A DNA stretch of 64,000 nt from positions 111,993 through 175,992 of the forward strand of contig CACPMT010000002.1 of the NCBI GenBank assembly GCA_902635045.1. The letters are read 5' to 3'. Below, piece by piece: positions 51,390-60,204 of this stretch. The notes beneath the pieces are model-generated. The model was not told the origin of the DNA. It did not search any database and saw nothing but the letters and a program-made list of their open reading frames with translations. The stretch comes from an uncultured SAR86 cluster bacterium (GTDB lineage: Bacteria > Pseudomonadota > Gammaproteobacteria > Magnimaribacterales > AG-339-G14). Both the position numbers and the translations under genes were made by a program. Position 1 is the stretch's first letter; each line of letters opens with the position of its first letter.

Positions 51390-51794
51390 TTAGAAAATTT
51401 TACTCATTATAGCAATTTCTCTTGCTGCCGACTGAGAAGAATCAGATCCATGAACAGCATTTTTTGACAAAGATTCAGCAAATAATTTTCTTAAGGTTCC
51501 TTCTTCGGCTTCATCGGGATTAGTAGCACCCATTAAAGATCTATAAGATTTTATTGCATTATCCCCTTCAAGAACTTGTACAACAACTTCACCTGAAATA
51601 ATAAATTCTACTAATTCATTAAAGAATGGTTTTGAAGCATGCTCCTTATAAAAATCTCTTGCTATTTCTTCAGTTAAAAAAGTTTTTTTTGATTTAATAA
51701 TTTTTAAACCTGAAGAAATAATTTTTTCATTAATCTTATCTTCAAAACCGTTTTTTACAGCATCAGGCTTAATAATACATAAAGTTGTTTCCAT
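51390..51794 (-). CDS. ndk: Nucleoside diphosphate kinase
   Basis: TLCIIKPDAV, NAVHGSDS active-site His. Confidence 0.9.
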   Translation of the reverse strand: METTLCIIKPDAVKNGFEDKINEKIISSGLKIIKSKKTFLTEEIARDFYKEHASKPFFNELVEFIISGEVVVQVLEGDNAIKSYRSLMGATNPDEAEEGTLRKLFAESLSKNAVHGSDSSQSAAREIAIMSKIF

Positions 51795-51811
51795 GCTCTG
51801 CTCCTAAATTA

Positions 51812-52006
51812 CTAGTCTATTTCTTCAATCCATAAAGCTTGAATTGCCTCTAATATTCTTTCCCCACATCGTTCAGGATCGTCTTCAAACTGCTCTAGAG
51901 AGCACACCATATTCATAAGGTCAGTAAAAAGCAATTTTTTCGGATCTTGTTCGGGATAAGCATCTATTAATGCATCTACAATTTCATAGGTATCAGTCCA
52001 TTTCAT
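51812..52006 (-). CDS. iscX: Fe-S assembly protein IscX
   Basis: MKWTDTYEIVDALIDAYPEQDP is closely similar to E. coli IscX; 64 aa. Confidence 0.85.
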   Translation of the reverse strand: MKWTDTYEIVDALIDAYPEQDPKKLLFTDLMNMVCSLEQFEDDPERCGERILEAIQALWIEEID

Positions 52007-52008
52007 AG

Positions 52009-52350
52009 CTAGTGAGGATTTTCCGATACCATGTTGATATTATACTTAGGTATTTCTATCTCTAAATCCTCTTCATCAAGAATAATTTGACAACTTAATC
52101 TTGATCGCTGTTCTAATCCCCAAGCCTTATCAAGTAAATCTTCCTCTTCTTCAGAAGCTTCATTTAATTTTTCGAAACCACTAGTAACTATTACGTGACA
52201 AGTTGTGCAAGCACAAGATAATTCACAAGCATGTTCAATATTTATTTTATTATCGAGCATGGCTTCGCACAGTGAAGAGCCTTTTTCAGCCTCAATTACT
52301 GCACCTTTTGGACAGATTTCTGAATGAGGTTTAATTTTTATTTTTGGCAT
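52009..52350 (-). CDS. fdx: ISC-type [2Fe-2S] ferredoxin
   Basis: MPKI...PH, HACELSCACTTCH, DKAWGLE..SRLSCQ are near-collinear with E. coli Fdx. Confidence 0.9.
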   Translation of the reverse strand: MPKIKIKPHSEICPKGAVIEAEKGSSLCEAMLDNKINIEHACELSCACTTCHVIVTSGFEKLNEASEEEEDLLDKAWGLEQRSRLSCQIILDEEDLEIEIPKYNINMVSENPH

Positions 52351-52697
52351 TAGATGCTAAAGCTTTCGCCGCATCCACATTGGGCAGAAACATTAGGATT
52401 AATGAACGAGAGGTTAGAATTAACTCCTTCTTTAACATAATCTATTGTTGTCCCATTCAAAAAAGTAAAGCTTTTTTCATCAATTAGTATTCTAAAATCT
52501 TCGAATTCAAATTCTAAGTCGTCTTTATTGACTTTTTCAGAAAATTCAAGGAAATAGGCATATCCCGAGCATCCAGAGTCTCTTATTCCAATTCTAATAT
52601 TTTGGTTCTCTTTGCCTTGAAGTAAAGAGGAAAAATGTTTTGCAGCAGATTGAGTTAACTCAAAATGGTTATTGGTTGTGTTTACGAATTTCGTCAT
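52350..52697 (-). CDS. iscA: Iron-sulfur cluster assembly protein IscA
   Basis: SGCSGYAY and C-terminal CGCGESF. The start is uncertain (ATG at 52697 or 52712) and either overlaps the iscU 3' end. Confidence 0.85.
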   Translation of the reverse strand: MTKFVNTTNNHFELTQSAAKHFSSLLQGKENQNIRIGIRDSGCSGYAYFLEFSEKVNKDDLEFEFEDFRILIDEKSFTFLNGTTIDYVKEGVNSNLSFINPNVSAQCGCGESFSI

Positions 52698-53103
52698 TAC
52701 TTTCAAAGTCATTTATAGCTTTCTTTATGGCTTCCTCAGCAAGAACACTGCAATGAATTTTAATCGGAGGAAGCTCTAAGATGTCGACAATTTCTTGATT
52801 ACATATTTCTTTAGCTTCTTCTAAAGTTTTACCTTTTAGCATGTCAATTAGCTGTCCGCTAGAAGCAATAGCTGATCCACAACCATAAGTTTTGAATTTT
52901 GCATCAACGATTTTTTTTACACCATCTATGTCGTCACATTTTATTTGAAGTTTCATGACGTCACCACAAGCTGGAGCACCTACGATCCCCGTCCCCACTT
53001 TGTCAAAATCTGCGTCGCCTGGCTTCCATCTACCTACGCTTGCAGCCTTTGGATCTTTCAAAGTTTTTTCAAACTTATCAACAACTTTATTTGAATATGC
53101 CAT
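52669..53103 (-). CDS. iscU: Fe-S cluster scaffold IscU
   Basis: MAYSNKV, GAPACGDVMKLQI, KTYGCGSAIASS, LPPIKIHCS. Confidence 0.95.
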   Translation of the reverse strand: MAYSNKVVDKFEKTLKDPKAASVGRWKPGDADFDKVGTGIVGAPACGDVMKLQIKCDDIDGVKKIVDAKFKTYGCGSAIASSGQLIDMLKGKTLEEAKEICNQEIVDILELPPIKIHCSVLAEEAIKKAINDFESNDEIRKHNQ

Positions 53104-53121
53104 TTATACTACCCCTTAATA

Positions 53122-54330
53122 TTAACTAGCCCACTCTATTTTACTTAAATCAACGCCATCAAGATACATTTCCCATAAGGGAGATATTTCTCTTAACTGT
53201 TGAACAGAAGTTTTTACTAAATCTACAGTAAAATCAACATCTTCTTCTTTAGTAAATCTACCAAAAGAGAATCTAATCGAGCTATGAGCTAATTCATCTG
53301 GACGACCTAAAGCTCTTAAAACATAAGATGGCTCTAAACTTGCAGAAGTACAAGCCGATCCAGAAGATACAGCTATGTTCTTCAATGCCATTATTAGAGA
53401 CTCACCCTCAACGTAATTAAAAGATAAATTAAAAATACCTGGATAACCATTTTCCAAATCACCATTGACGTAAATTTCTTCCATATCCTTTAATCCTTCA
53501 TAAAGCCTTTTTTTAAATGAGTTTATTTTTTTAAAATCGGAATCTATTTCTTCTTTTGCCAATCTAAAAGACTCTCCTAATCCAACTATTTGATGAGTCG
53601 GTAAAGTCCCTGCTCTTATACCTCTTTCTTGCCCTCCGCCGTGAAATAAAGCCTGTAATCTAACTCTTGGTTTCCTTCTTATATAAAGAGCTCCTATACC
53701 TTTTGGTCCATAGATTTTGTGAGCTGAAAATGACATAAGATCAATGAACGAAGAATCTAAATTAATAGGAATCTTTCCAGCACTTTGTGCTGCATCCACA
53801 TGAAACAAGATTCCTTTATCTCTTGTTATTTCGCCTATTTTTTCAATATCATTAATGACGCCTATTTCATTATTGATATGCATTAAAGAAACTAAAGTTG
53901 TATCTTCTCTTAAAGCTTCTTTTACTATCTCAGGTGAAATAGAACCATTCTCATCTACGTCTAAATATGTTACTTCGAATCCCTCTTTTTCTAGTTGCCT
54001 GCATGTATCTAAAACAGCTTTATGCTCTATTTTAGAAGTAACGATATGCTTACCTTTATTTTTGTAAAAATAAGCAGCCCCTTTGATTGCAAGGTTATCT
54101 GACTCAGTAGCACCTGAAGTAAAAATAATTTCACGAGGATCACACGAAACTAAATTAGCAACATTAAGTCTTGCTTCTTCAACAAGTTCTTCAGCTTTCC
54201 ATCCAAAAGAATGAGATCTCGAGCCAGCATTGCCAAAGTCTCCATCAAAGGTAAGACAGTCTTGCATTTTTTCTACTACCCTCGGGTCAACAGGAGTTGT
54301 AGAAGCATAATCTAGATAAATAGGTTTCAT
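53122..54330 (-). CDS. iscS: Cysteine desulfurase IscS
   Basis: [25 protein letters not shown] (PLP Lys), SSGSACTS (catalytic Cys). Confidence 0.95.
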   Translation of the reverse strand: MKPIYLDYASTTPVDPRVVEKMQDCLTFDGDFGNAGSRSHSFGWKAEELVEEARLNVANLVSCDPREIIFTSGATESDNLAIKGAAYFYKNKGKHIVTSKIEHKAVLDTCRQLEKEGFEVTYLDVDENGSISPEIVKEALREDTTLVSLMHINNEIGVINDIEKIGEITRDKGILFHVDAAQSAGKIPINLDSSFIDLMSFSAHKIYGPKGIGALYIRRKPRVRLQALFHGGGQERGIRAGTLPTHQIVGLGESFRLAKEEIDSDFKKINSFKKRLYEGLKDMEEIYVNGDLENGYPGIFNLSFNYVEGESLIMALKNIAVSSGSACTSASLEPSYVLRALGRPDELAHSSIRFSFGRFTKEEDVDFTVDLVKTSVQQLREISPLWEMYLDGVDLSKIEWAS

Positions 54331-54367
54331 AGAGTAATTATGTTGTCATAGAGAATAATTACAAGGT

Positions 54368-54567
54368 AAGGTACACCTAAAATAACTAAAAGTATATCCT
54401 TATCCATTTCAGTCCGTTAAGGTACAGCAGATCTTAAAAAAAGTAAAGCAAATGAATTTTTTTTCAAGTTCAAAACCCCTATATATAGGGAAAAAACTTT
54501 ACTTATAGCTTTAATATCTATAAAATTATTTTTTTATTTAATTAAAATTAAATTGAGAAAAGGTACA
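54368..54567 (+). repeat. Three direct copies of AAGGTACA in the iscS/kor divergent spacer
   Basis: Exact 8-mers at 54368-54375, 54419-54426 and 54560-54567. Copies 1 and 2 share TAAGGTACA; copies 2 and 3 share AAGGTACAG. Confidence 0.7.
54477..54490. promoter_or_regulatory. Perfect 14-bp palindrome CCCTATATATAGGG; candidate operator or recombination core
   Basis: Self-complementary over all 14 positions. It sits between repeat copies 2 and 3 in the 254-bp divergent spacer. Confidence 0.45.
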
Positions 54568-54584
54568 GTTAACTCTACAAAATA

Positions 54585-56597
54585 ATGGAAGATAAAAAAT
54601 ATTTATATAAAAGGAACAACATTTGGTGGGTTAAAGTCGCAGTTCCTAAATCACAAAGAGATAAATTTGGTTATGATTTAAGGCAAACTACTGGAAAGTC
54701 TGACTTAGATGAAGCCAGAAGTGTAAGAGATCATATAGTTGAATCGTTAAAATCAAAGCTTAGTGAATCTGAAAATTATATTCCGTTACCTTCCACGAAA
54801 TTTATGGAAAAAACAAATATTGAGAATCCTCAATATTTTCATAAAGTAGTTGATTGCCAATACGCCTGCCCTGCTCACACAAACGTTCCAGAGTATATTA
54901 GATTAATAGCACAGAAAAAATATACTGATGCCTATATGTTGAATTGGGAATCAAATGTGTTTCCAGGAATCCTTGGAAGAGTTTGTGATAGACCTTGTGA
55001 ACCAGCTTGCAGAAGAGGTCGAACTCATGAGAAGTCAGTTGCAATTTGTAGACTTAAGAGGGTTACTTATGATTACAAAGACGATGTAGAAAAATATATT
55101 CCTAAGTCACCAAAAATTAAAAATGGAAAAAAGATAGCTCTAATAGGAGCTGGACCAGCATCTCTTACCGTGGCAAGAGATCTTTTGCCTTTAGGTTACG
55201 AATGCACTATTTTTGAAAAAGACCATAAAGCTGGAGGTTTGATGAGAACAAATATTCCATCTTTTAGGCTTCCTGCAGATGTTCTTGATGAAGAAATTTA
55301 CAGGATTATAGATATGGGGGCTGAATTAAAACTCAACTCCTACATAGATAAATTGAAACCTGTTATAGATGAATATGATTCTGTGTTCATTGGAACTGGA
55401 GCTCCAAAAGGAAAAGATTTAAACCTTAAAGGGAGAGAGATTTCCTCAGAAAATATTCATATAGGAATAGATTGGCTAACAAGCATAGCTTTCGAGCACG
55501 TCAAAAAAATCGGAAAAAAAGTAGTCGTAATTGGTGGCGGAAATACTGCAATGGATTGTTGTAGGTCTGCTCTTAGATTGGGAGCAACTGATGTAAAAGT
55601 TACTGTGCGAAGCCCTTTTTCACAAATGAAAGCATCAGAATGGGAAATTGAAGAGACAATGGAAGAAGGAATTCCTATTTTAGATAATACTTCACCAAAA
55701 GAATTTTTGTTTGATGATAAGGGAAAACTTTGTGGAGTGAAATTTGAAAAAATGGAACAAGTTGAGATTGATGGAAGAAAGAAAATGCAATCTACTGGTG
55801 AAGAGTTAACTATTGAATGTGATGATGTTCTTTTAGCAATAGGTCAGGAAAACGCTTTTCCTTGGATTGAAAAAGATATTGGAATTGAATTTGGTGAATG
55901 GGAAATGCCAGTCGTAGATAAATTAACGATGCAATCTACACACCCAAAGGTTTTTTTTGGTGGTGACTCAGCATGGGGGCCTGAAAATATAATATGGGCT
56001 GTTTCTCATGGTCATCAGGCAGCGATTTCTATTGATAACTTTTGTTCTGGAGTTAGTTTAAAAGAAAGGCCAGATCCAATCACAAATTTAGTTAGTCAAA
56101 AAATGGGTATACATGAATGGTCTTATGATAATGATATTTCTCAAGAAAAAAGATTTTCTGTTCCTCATGAAGAATTATCTAAGTCATTAAAAAACTTAAA
56201 AACTGAAGTAGAACTTGGTTTTGATGAAGAATTAGCTCTTGAGGAAGCTCAAAGATGTCTGAACTGTGACATGCAAACAGTTTTTGAAGATGACTTGTGT
56301 ATTGAATGTGATGCTTGTGTAGATATTTGTCCTACAGATTGTATTAATTTTGTTGATAATGACACAGAAGAAAAAGTAAGAGATAAACTAAGAGTGCCCG
56401 CTTTAAATTTAGATCAAAGTCTATATGTTTCTGGAAAATTAAAAACTGGAAGAAGAATGGTGAAAGATGAAGACATGTGTGTTCATTGTGGTCTTTGTGC
56501 TGAAAGATGTCCCACAGGGGCATGGGATATTAAGAAAAACTCCTACAAAGAGAGTCATACTTTGACAAATAAAGTTGTAGCCAAGGAAGTTGCATAA
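54585..56597 (+). CDS. GltD-like FAD/NAD(P)H oxidoreductase with C-terminal 2x[4Fe-4S] ferredoxin domain (third subunit of the kor cluster); carries a 73-aa N-terminal extension
   Basis: CPAHTNVPEYI, GRVCDRPCEPAC, IALIGAGPASL, VVVIGGGNTAMD, then CIECDACVDICP and CVHCGLCAERCP. An alternative start is the ATG at 54804 (MEKTNIENPQ). Confidence 0.8.
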   Translation: MEDKKYLYKRNNIWWVKVAVPKSQRDKFGYDLRQTTGKSDLDEARSVRDHIVESLKSKLSESENYIPLPSTKFMEKTNIENPQYFHKVVDCQYACPAHTNVPEYIRLIAQKKYTDAYMLNWESNVFPGILGRVCDRPCEPACRRGRTHEKSVAICRLKRVTYDYKDDVEKYIPKSPKIKNGKKIALIGAGPASLTVARDLLPLGYECTIFEKDHKAGGLMRTNIPSFRLPADVLDEEIYRIIDMGAELKLNSYIDKLKPVIDEYDSVFIGTGAPKGKDLNLKGREISSENIHIGIDWLTSIAFEHVKKIGKKVVVIGGGNTAMDCCRSALRLGATDVKVTVRSPFSQMKASEWEIEETMEEGIPILDNTSPKEFLFDDKGKLCGVKFEKMEQVEIDGRKKMQSTGEELTIECDDVLLAIGQENAFPWIEKDIGIEFGEWEMPVVDKLTMQSTHPKVFFGGDSAWGPENIIWAVSHGHQAAISIDNFCSGVSLKERPDPITNLVSQKMGIHEWSYDNDISQEKRFSVPHEELSKSLKNLKTEVELGFDEELALEEAQRCLNCDMQTVFEDDLCIECDACVDICPTDCINFVDNDTEEKVRDKLRVPALNLDQSLYVSGKLKTGRRMVKDEDMCVHCGLCAERCPTGAWDIKKNSYKESHTLTNKVVAKEVA

Positions 56598-58441
56598 TGC
56601 ATGAAGTAAAATCAGTTGAATCTATTCAGTCTGTTAATGACTTTGTCATAAAGTTCGCAAATGTAAATGGTTCCGGCTCTGCAAGTGCAAATCAAATGTT
56701 TGCAAAAGCTATGTTTAGAATGGGAATTCCAGTTAGTCCAAAGAATATATTTCCTTCCAATATTCAAGGATTGCCCACTTGGTTTGAAGTACGGGTTAAC
56801 GAGAAAGGTTACTTAGGAAGCAGAGGTGGAGTGGATATAGCTGTTGCAATGAATCCTCAAAGTTATTCCAAAGATGTTGATGAAATTTTACCTGGTGGGT
56901 ACCTTTTGTATGATTCAACTTGGAAAAGAAATTTCAATAGAAAAGATATAACTATTATTGAAATACCTCTTACACAATTATGTGTCGATGCTTTCAAGAA
57001 TCCTAAACAAAGGCCTCTTTTTAAAAATATCGCATATGTAGGCGCTTTGTCTGTTCTATTGAATATTGAATATGAAGTACTTAAAAATATTATTTCTGAA
57101 CAATTTATTAAAAAACCTGCTTTGATCGAACCAAACTTAAAAGCTTTAAATCTAGGTAGAAATTATGTTTTGAAAAATCTTCCTTACCCCTTAGGAATAA
57201 CTGTTGCAAGAGCAGATAAATTAAAAGATAAAATTCTAATTTCTGGAAATGAGGCTGCGGGTTTGGGCGCTGTTTATGGGGGCGCTACTTTTTGTTCCTG
57301 GTACCCTATTACTCCTTCAACATCTCTCGCAGAAGGATATGAGAAATATGCTAAAAAATTTAGAATAGAAAATAATACTGGTAAAAATCTTTTTGCAAGT
57401 GTGCAAGCAGAAGATGAGTTAGCTGCTATAGGAATGGCAATAGGTGCTAATTGGAATGGGGCAAGAGGATTTACCGCTACCTCTGGGCCAGGCATCTCAC
57501 TAATGAGTGAATTTCTTGGTTTAGCCTATTTCGCAGAAATACCTTTAGTCTTATTTAATGTTCAAAGGGGAGGCCCTTCTACGGGTATGCCAACTAGAAC
57601 TCAGCAATCAGATGTATTAGCCTGTGCTTATGCTTCTCATGGGGATACTAAACATGTAGTTCTATTTCCATCTGATCCAAAAGAATGTTTTGATTTTTCT
57701 GCTCAAGCATTTGATCTTGCAGATCAACTTCAAACTCCAATTTTTGTTGTAAGCGACCTAGACATGGGTATGAATGATTGGGTTAGCGATAAGTTTAAAT
57801 GGGATGACGAATATAAATACAATAGAGGCAAAGTCTTAAATAAAGAAGATTTGGATGAGATAGAAAGTTTTGGAAGATATTTAGATATTGATAATGATGG
57901 AATTTGTTATAGAACTTATCCAGGAACTCATCCTGAAAAAGGTGCATTTTTTACAAGAGGAACCTCTCATGATGAATATGCTAGATATACTGAAGATGGG
58001 GAAGTGAATGCTGCTACTTTAAGTAGACTCATGAAAAAATTTAGAACAGCCTCAGAATTAGTTCCAGAACCGATCATAGAAATTAATGGTGAAGACAGTT
58101 GCGGTGTAATTTTTTATGGAAGTACATCTCCTGCAGTTCATGAAGCAAAAGATATATTGAAAGAAAAAGAAATTAATATTGATTTGATGCAGATTAGATC
58201 TTTTCCTTTTAATTTGGATGTATGGGAATTTATTGCTAATCACGATCGTATTTATGTTGTTGAACAAAATAGAGATAGTCAAATGAGAACATTGATTATG
58301 GCTGAAGGAGGAATTTCTCCTGAAATTCTAAGACCTTTAGTCCATTTTACCGGAGATCCGATCCAGGCTAGTTATATTGTAAATAAAATATCAGAGCGAG
58401 AAGTAAACTATAAGTCACATATCAATGCAAAAAATAGATAA
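56597..58441 (+). CDS. korA: 2-oxoacid:ferredoxin oxidoreductase alpha subunit (fused gamma-alpha type)
   Basis: NVNGSGSASANQMFAKA (gamma-like domain) and GNEAAGLGAVYGG...YPITPST (alpha domain). TAATG overlap with the upstream gene. Confidence 0.85.
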   Translation: MHEVKSVESIQSVNDFVIKFANVNGSGSASANQMFAKAMFRMGIPVSPKNIFPSNIQGLPTWFEVRVNEKGYLGSRGGVDIAVAMNPQSYSKDVDEILPGGYLLYDSTWKRNFNRKDITIIEIPLTQLCVDAFKNPKQRPLFKNIAYVGALSVLLNIEYEVLKNIISEQFIKKPALIEPNLKALNLGRNYVLKNLPYPLGITVARADKLKDKILISGNEAAGLGAVYGGATFCSWYPITPSTSLAEGYEKYAKKFRIENNTGKNLFASVQAEDELAAIGMAIGANWNGARGFTATSGPGISLMSEFLGLAYFAEIPLVLFNVQRGGPSTGMPTRTQQSDVLACAYASHGDTKHVVLFPSDPKECFDFSAQAFDLADQLQTPIFVVSDLDMGMNDWVSDKFKWDDEYKYNRGKVLNKEDLDEIESFGRYLDIDNDGICYRTYPGTHPEKGAFFTRGTSHDEYARYTEDGEVNAATLSRLMKKFRTASELVPEPIIEINGEDSCGVIFYGSTSPAVHEAKDILKEKEINIDLMQIRSFPFNLDVWEFIANHDRIYVVEQNRDSQMRTLIMAEGGISPEILRPLVHFTGDPIQASYIVNKISEREVNYKSHINAKNR

Positions 58442-58443
58442 AA

Positions 58444-59496
58444 ATGTCATTTAAAAAACCAATAAACCATCACCCAAAACTTGAGACTAATAAACTAGGT
58501 CTTACTAGAAGAGACTACGAAGGAGCGGTTTCAACTCTCTGCGCAGGTTGTGGTCATGATTCAATTAGTGCAGCTATTATTGAGTCTTGTTTTAAACTAA
58601 ACATAGAAGCCTATAAGGTGGCTAAGTTATCGGGAATTGGATGTTCTTCAAAAGCTCCGGCTTATTTTTTAGAACAATCTCATGGTTTTAATTCTGTTCA
58701 TGGCCGAATGCCTTCAGTTGCTACAGGAGCAAATTGTGCAAACAGAGATCTTATGTATTTGGGTGTTTCAGGAGATGGTGATAGCGCGTCAATTGGTTTA
58801 GGTCAATTTGTTCATGCTATAAGAAGACAAGTTGATATGGTTTACTTTGTCGAAAATAATGGCACTTACGGATTAACTAAAGGACAGTTTTCCGCAACTA
58901 ATGACCTAGAATCAAAAAATAAATATGGCGAAGACAATTTATTTAAACCGATAGATTTAGCAACGATGGCTATTCAATTAGGGGCGACATACGTTGCGAG
59001 AAGTTTTTCTGGAGATAGAGACCAACTCGTTCCTTTGATTATGGGAGCAATGCAGCATAAAGGTTTTGCTCTTTTAGACATCATTAGCCCTTGTGTTACA
59101 TTCAATAACCATGATTCATCTACAAAAAGTTATGATTATATTCGAGACCATAATGAAGCTGTTGGAAAAACAGACTTTGTTCCCTTGGGAGAGGAAATAT
59201 CTACTTCATACAAAGAGGGATCCAGCACAGAAATAAGTTTACACGATGGATCTAAGCTAACTTTAGAAAAAACTGATGCAAATTTTGATCCCAGGGATGC
59301 TGGTAAAGCTTTAAATTTTATAAGAGAAAAAGAAAAAGAAGGAAAGGTTGTTACTGGTTTATTGTATGTCAATGATCTTGCTAAGGATTTAAACGAAACT
59401 TTAAATGTAACTCAAACTCCTTTAAGCCAGCTTCAACAAGATGTTCTGTGTCCAGGAAGTAAAATTTTAGAGGAAATAAACCAGAGCTTAAGTTAA
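58444..59496 (+). CDS. korB: 2-oxoacid:ferredoxin oxidoreductase beta subunit (TPP-binding)
   Basis: CAGCGH, GCSSK, GVSGDGDSASIGLGQF TPP motif. Starts 2 bp after korA. Confidence 0.85.
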   Translation: MSFKKPINHHPKLETNKLGLTRRDYEGAVSTLCAGCGHDSISAAIIESCFKLNIEAYKVAKLSGIGCSSKAPAYFLEQSHGFNSVHGRMPSVATGANCANRDLMYLGVSGDGDSASIGLGQFVHAIRRQVDMVYFVENNGTYGLTKGQFSATNDLESKNKYGEDNLFKPIDLATMAIQLGATYVARSFSGDRDQLVPLIMGAMQHKGFALLDIISPCVTFNNHDSSTKSYDYIRDHNEAVGKTDFVPLGEEISTSYKEGSSTEISLHDGSKLTLEKTDANFDPRDAGKALNFIREKEKEGKVVTGLLYVNDLAKDLNETLNVTQTPLSQLQQDVLCPGSKILEEINQSLS

Positions 59497-60204
59497 ATCT
59501 ACGCCCAAGCGGTGAGCTATTTCTTGATAAGACTCAACTACGTCTCCTAATCCCAATCTAAATCTATCTTTATCTAATTTCTTCTTAGTTTCTTTATCCC
59601 AAACTCTGCAACCGTCCGGAGTGAATTCATCACCAAGATAAATTTTGTTTTCAAATTTTCCAAATTCTAACTTGAAGTCAACAAGAATAAGGTCTGCGGT
59701 ATCAAACAGTTTTACTAAGATATCATTGGTTTGAAGAGTCATTTTTTTCATTTCTTCTATATCTTTTTCATTAGCCCACCCAAAAGAAGTTATATGACAA
59801 TCGTTTATCAATGGATCGCCTAAGTCATCATCTTTATAAAAGAATTCAAATATTGGAGGATCCATTACAGAAGCCTCTTCAAGTCCTAATCTTTTACATA
59901 TACTTCCTGCAGCAAAGTTTCTTACAACGCACTCAATAGGAAACATCTCAAGAGACATCACAATACTCTCATTAGGGGCAGACACCTCTATATGATGATT
60001 TGCAACGCCTTCCTTTGAAAGGTGTTCCATAATAAAACTATTGAATCTGTTATTTACTGTTCCTTTACCAGCAATTTGCTCAATTTTCTTTCCATCAAAA
60101 GCTGAAGTATCGTCTCTGTATTCCATAATAAGTTTTGAAACATCAGAAGTTGTATACAAAGCTTTAGCTTTACCTGTTTTTAAGAGTTCTTTTCTTTCCA
60201 GCAT
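59488..60204 (-). CDS. purC: SAICAR synthetase
   Basis: GKAKALYTT, YRDDTSAFDG, DKDRFR. Confidence 0.9.
   Translation of the reverse strand: MLERKELLKTGKAKALYTTSDVSKLIMEYRDDTSAFDGKKIEQIAGKGTVNNRFNSFIMEHLSKEGVANHHIEVSAPNESIVMSLEMFPIECVVRNFAAGSICKRLGLEEASVMDPPIFEFFYKDDDLGDPLINDCHITSFGWANEKDIEEMKKMTLQTNDILVKLFDTADLILVDFKLEFGKFENKIYLGDEFTPDGCRVWDKETKKKLDKDRFRLGLGDVVESYQEIAHRLGVDLT

Noticed and set aside
52669-53103. IscU appears to carry a short N-terminal insertion (KDPKAASVGRWKPGDADFDK) relative to E. coli IscU.
   Set aside because: All three cluster-ligand Cys motifs and the LPPxK motif are intact. Loop-length variation of this size at that position is plausibly normal and cannot be judged without an alignment.
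54441-54497. 18-codon ORF (MNFFSSSKPLYIGKKLYL) in the iscS/kor spacer, considered as a leader peptide.
   Set aside because: It is too short, has no obvious ribosome-binding site, and spans the palindrome, which is the more likely functional element. It could not be supported.
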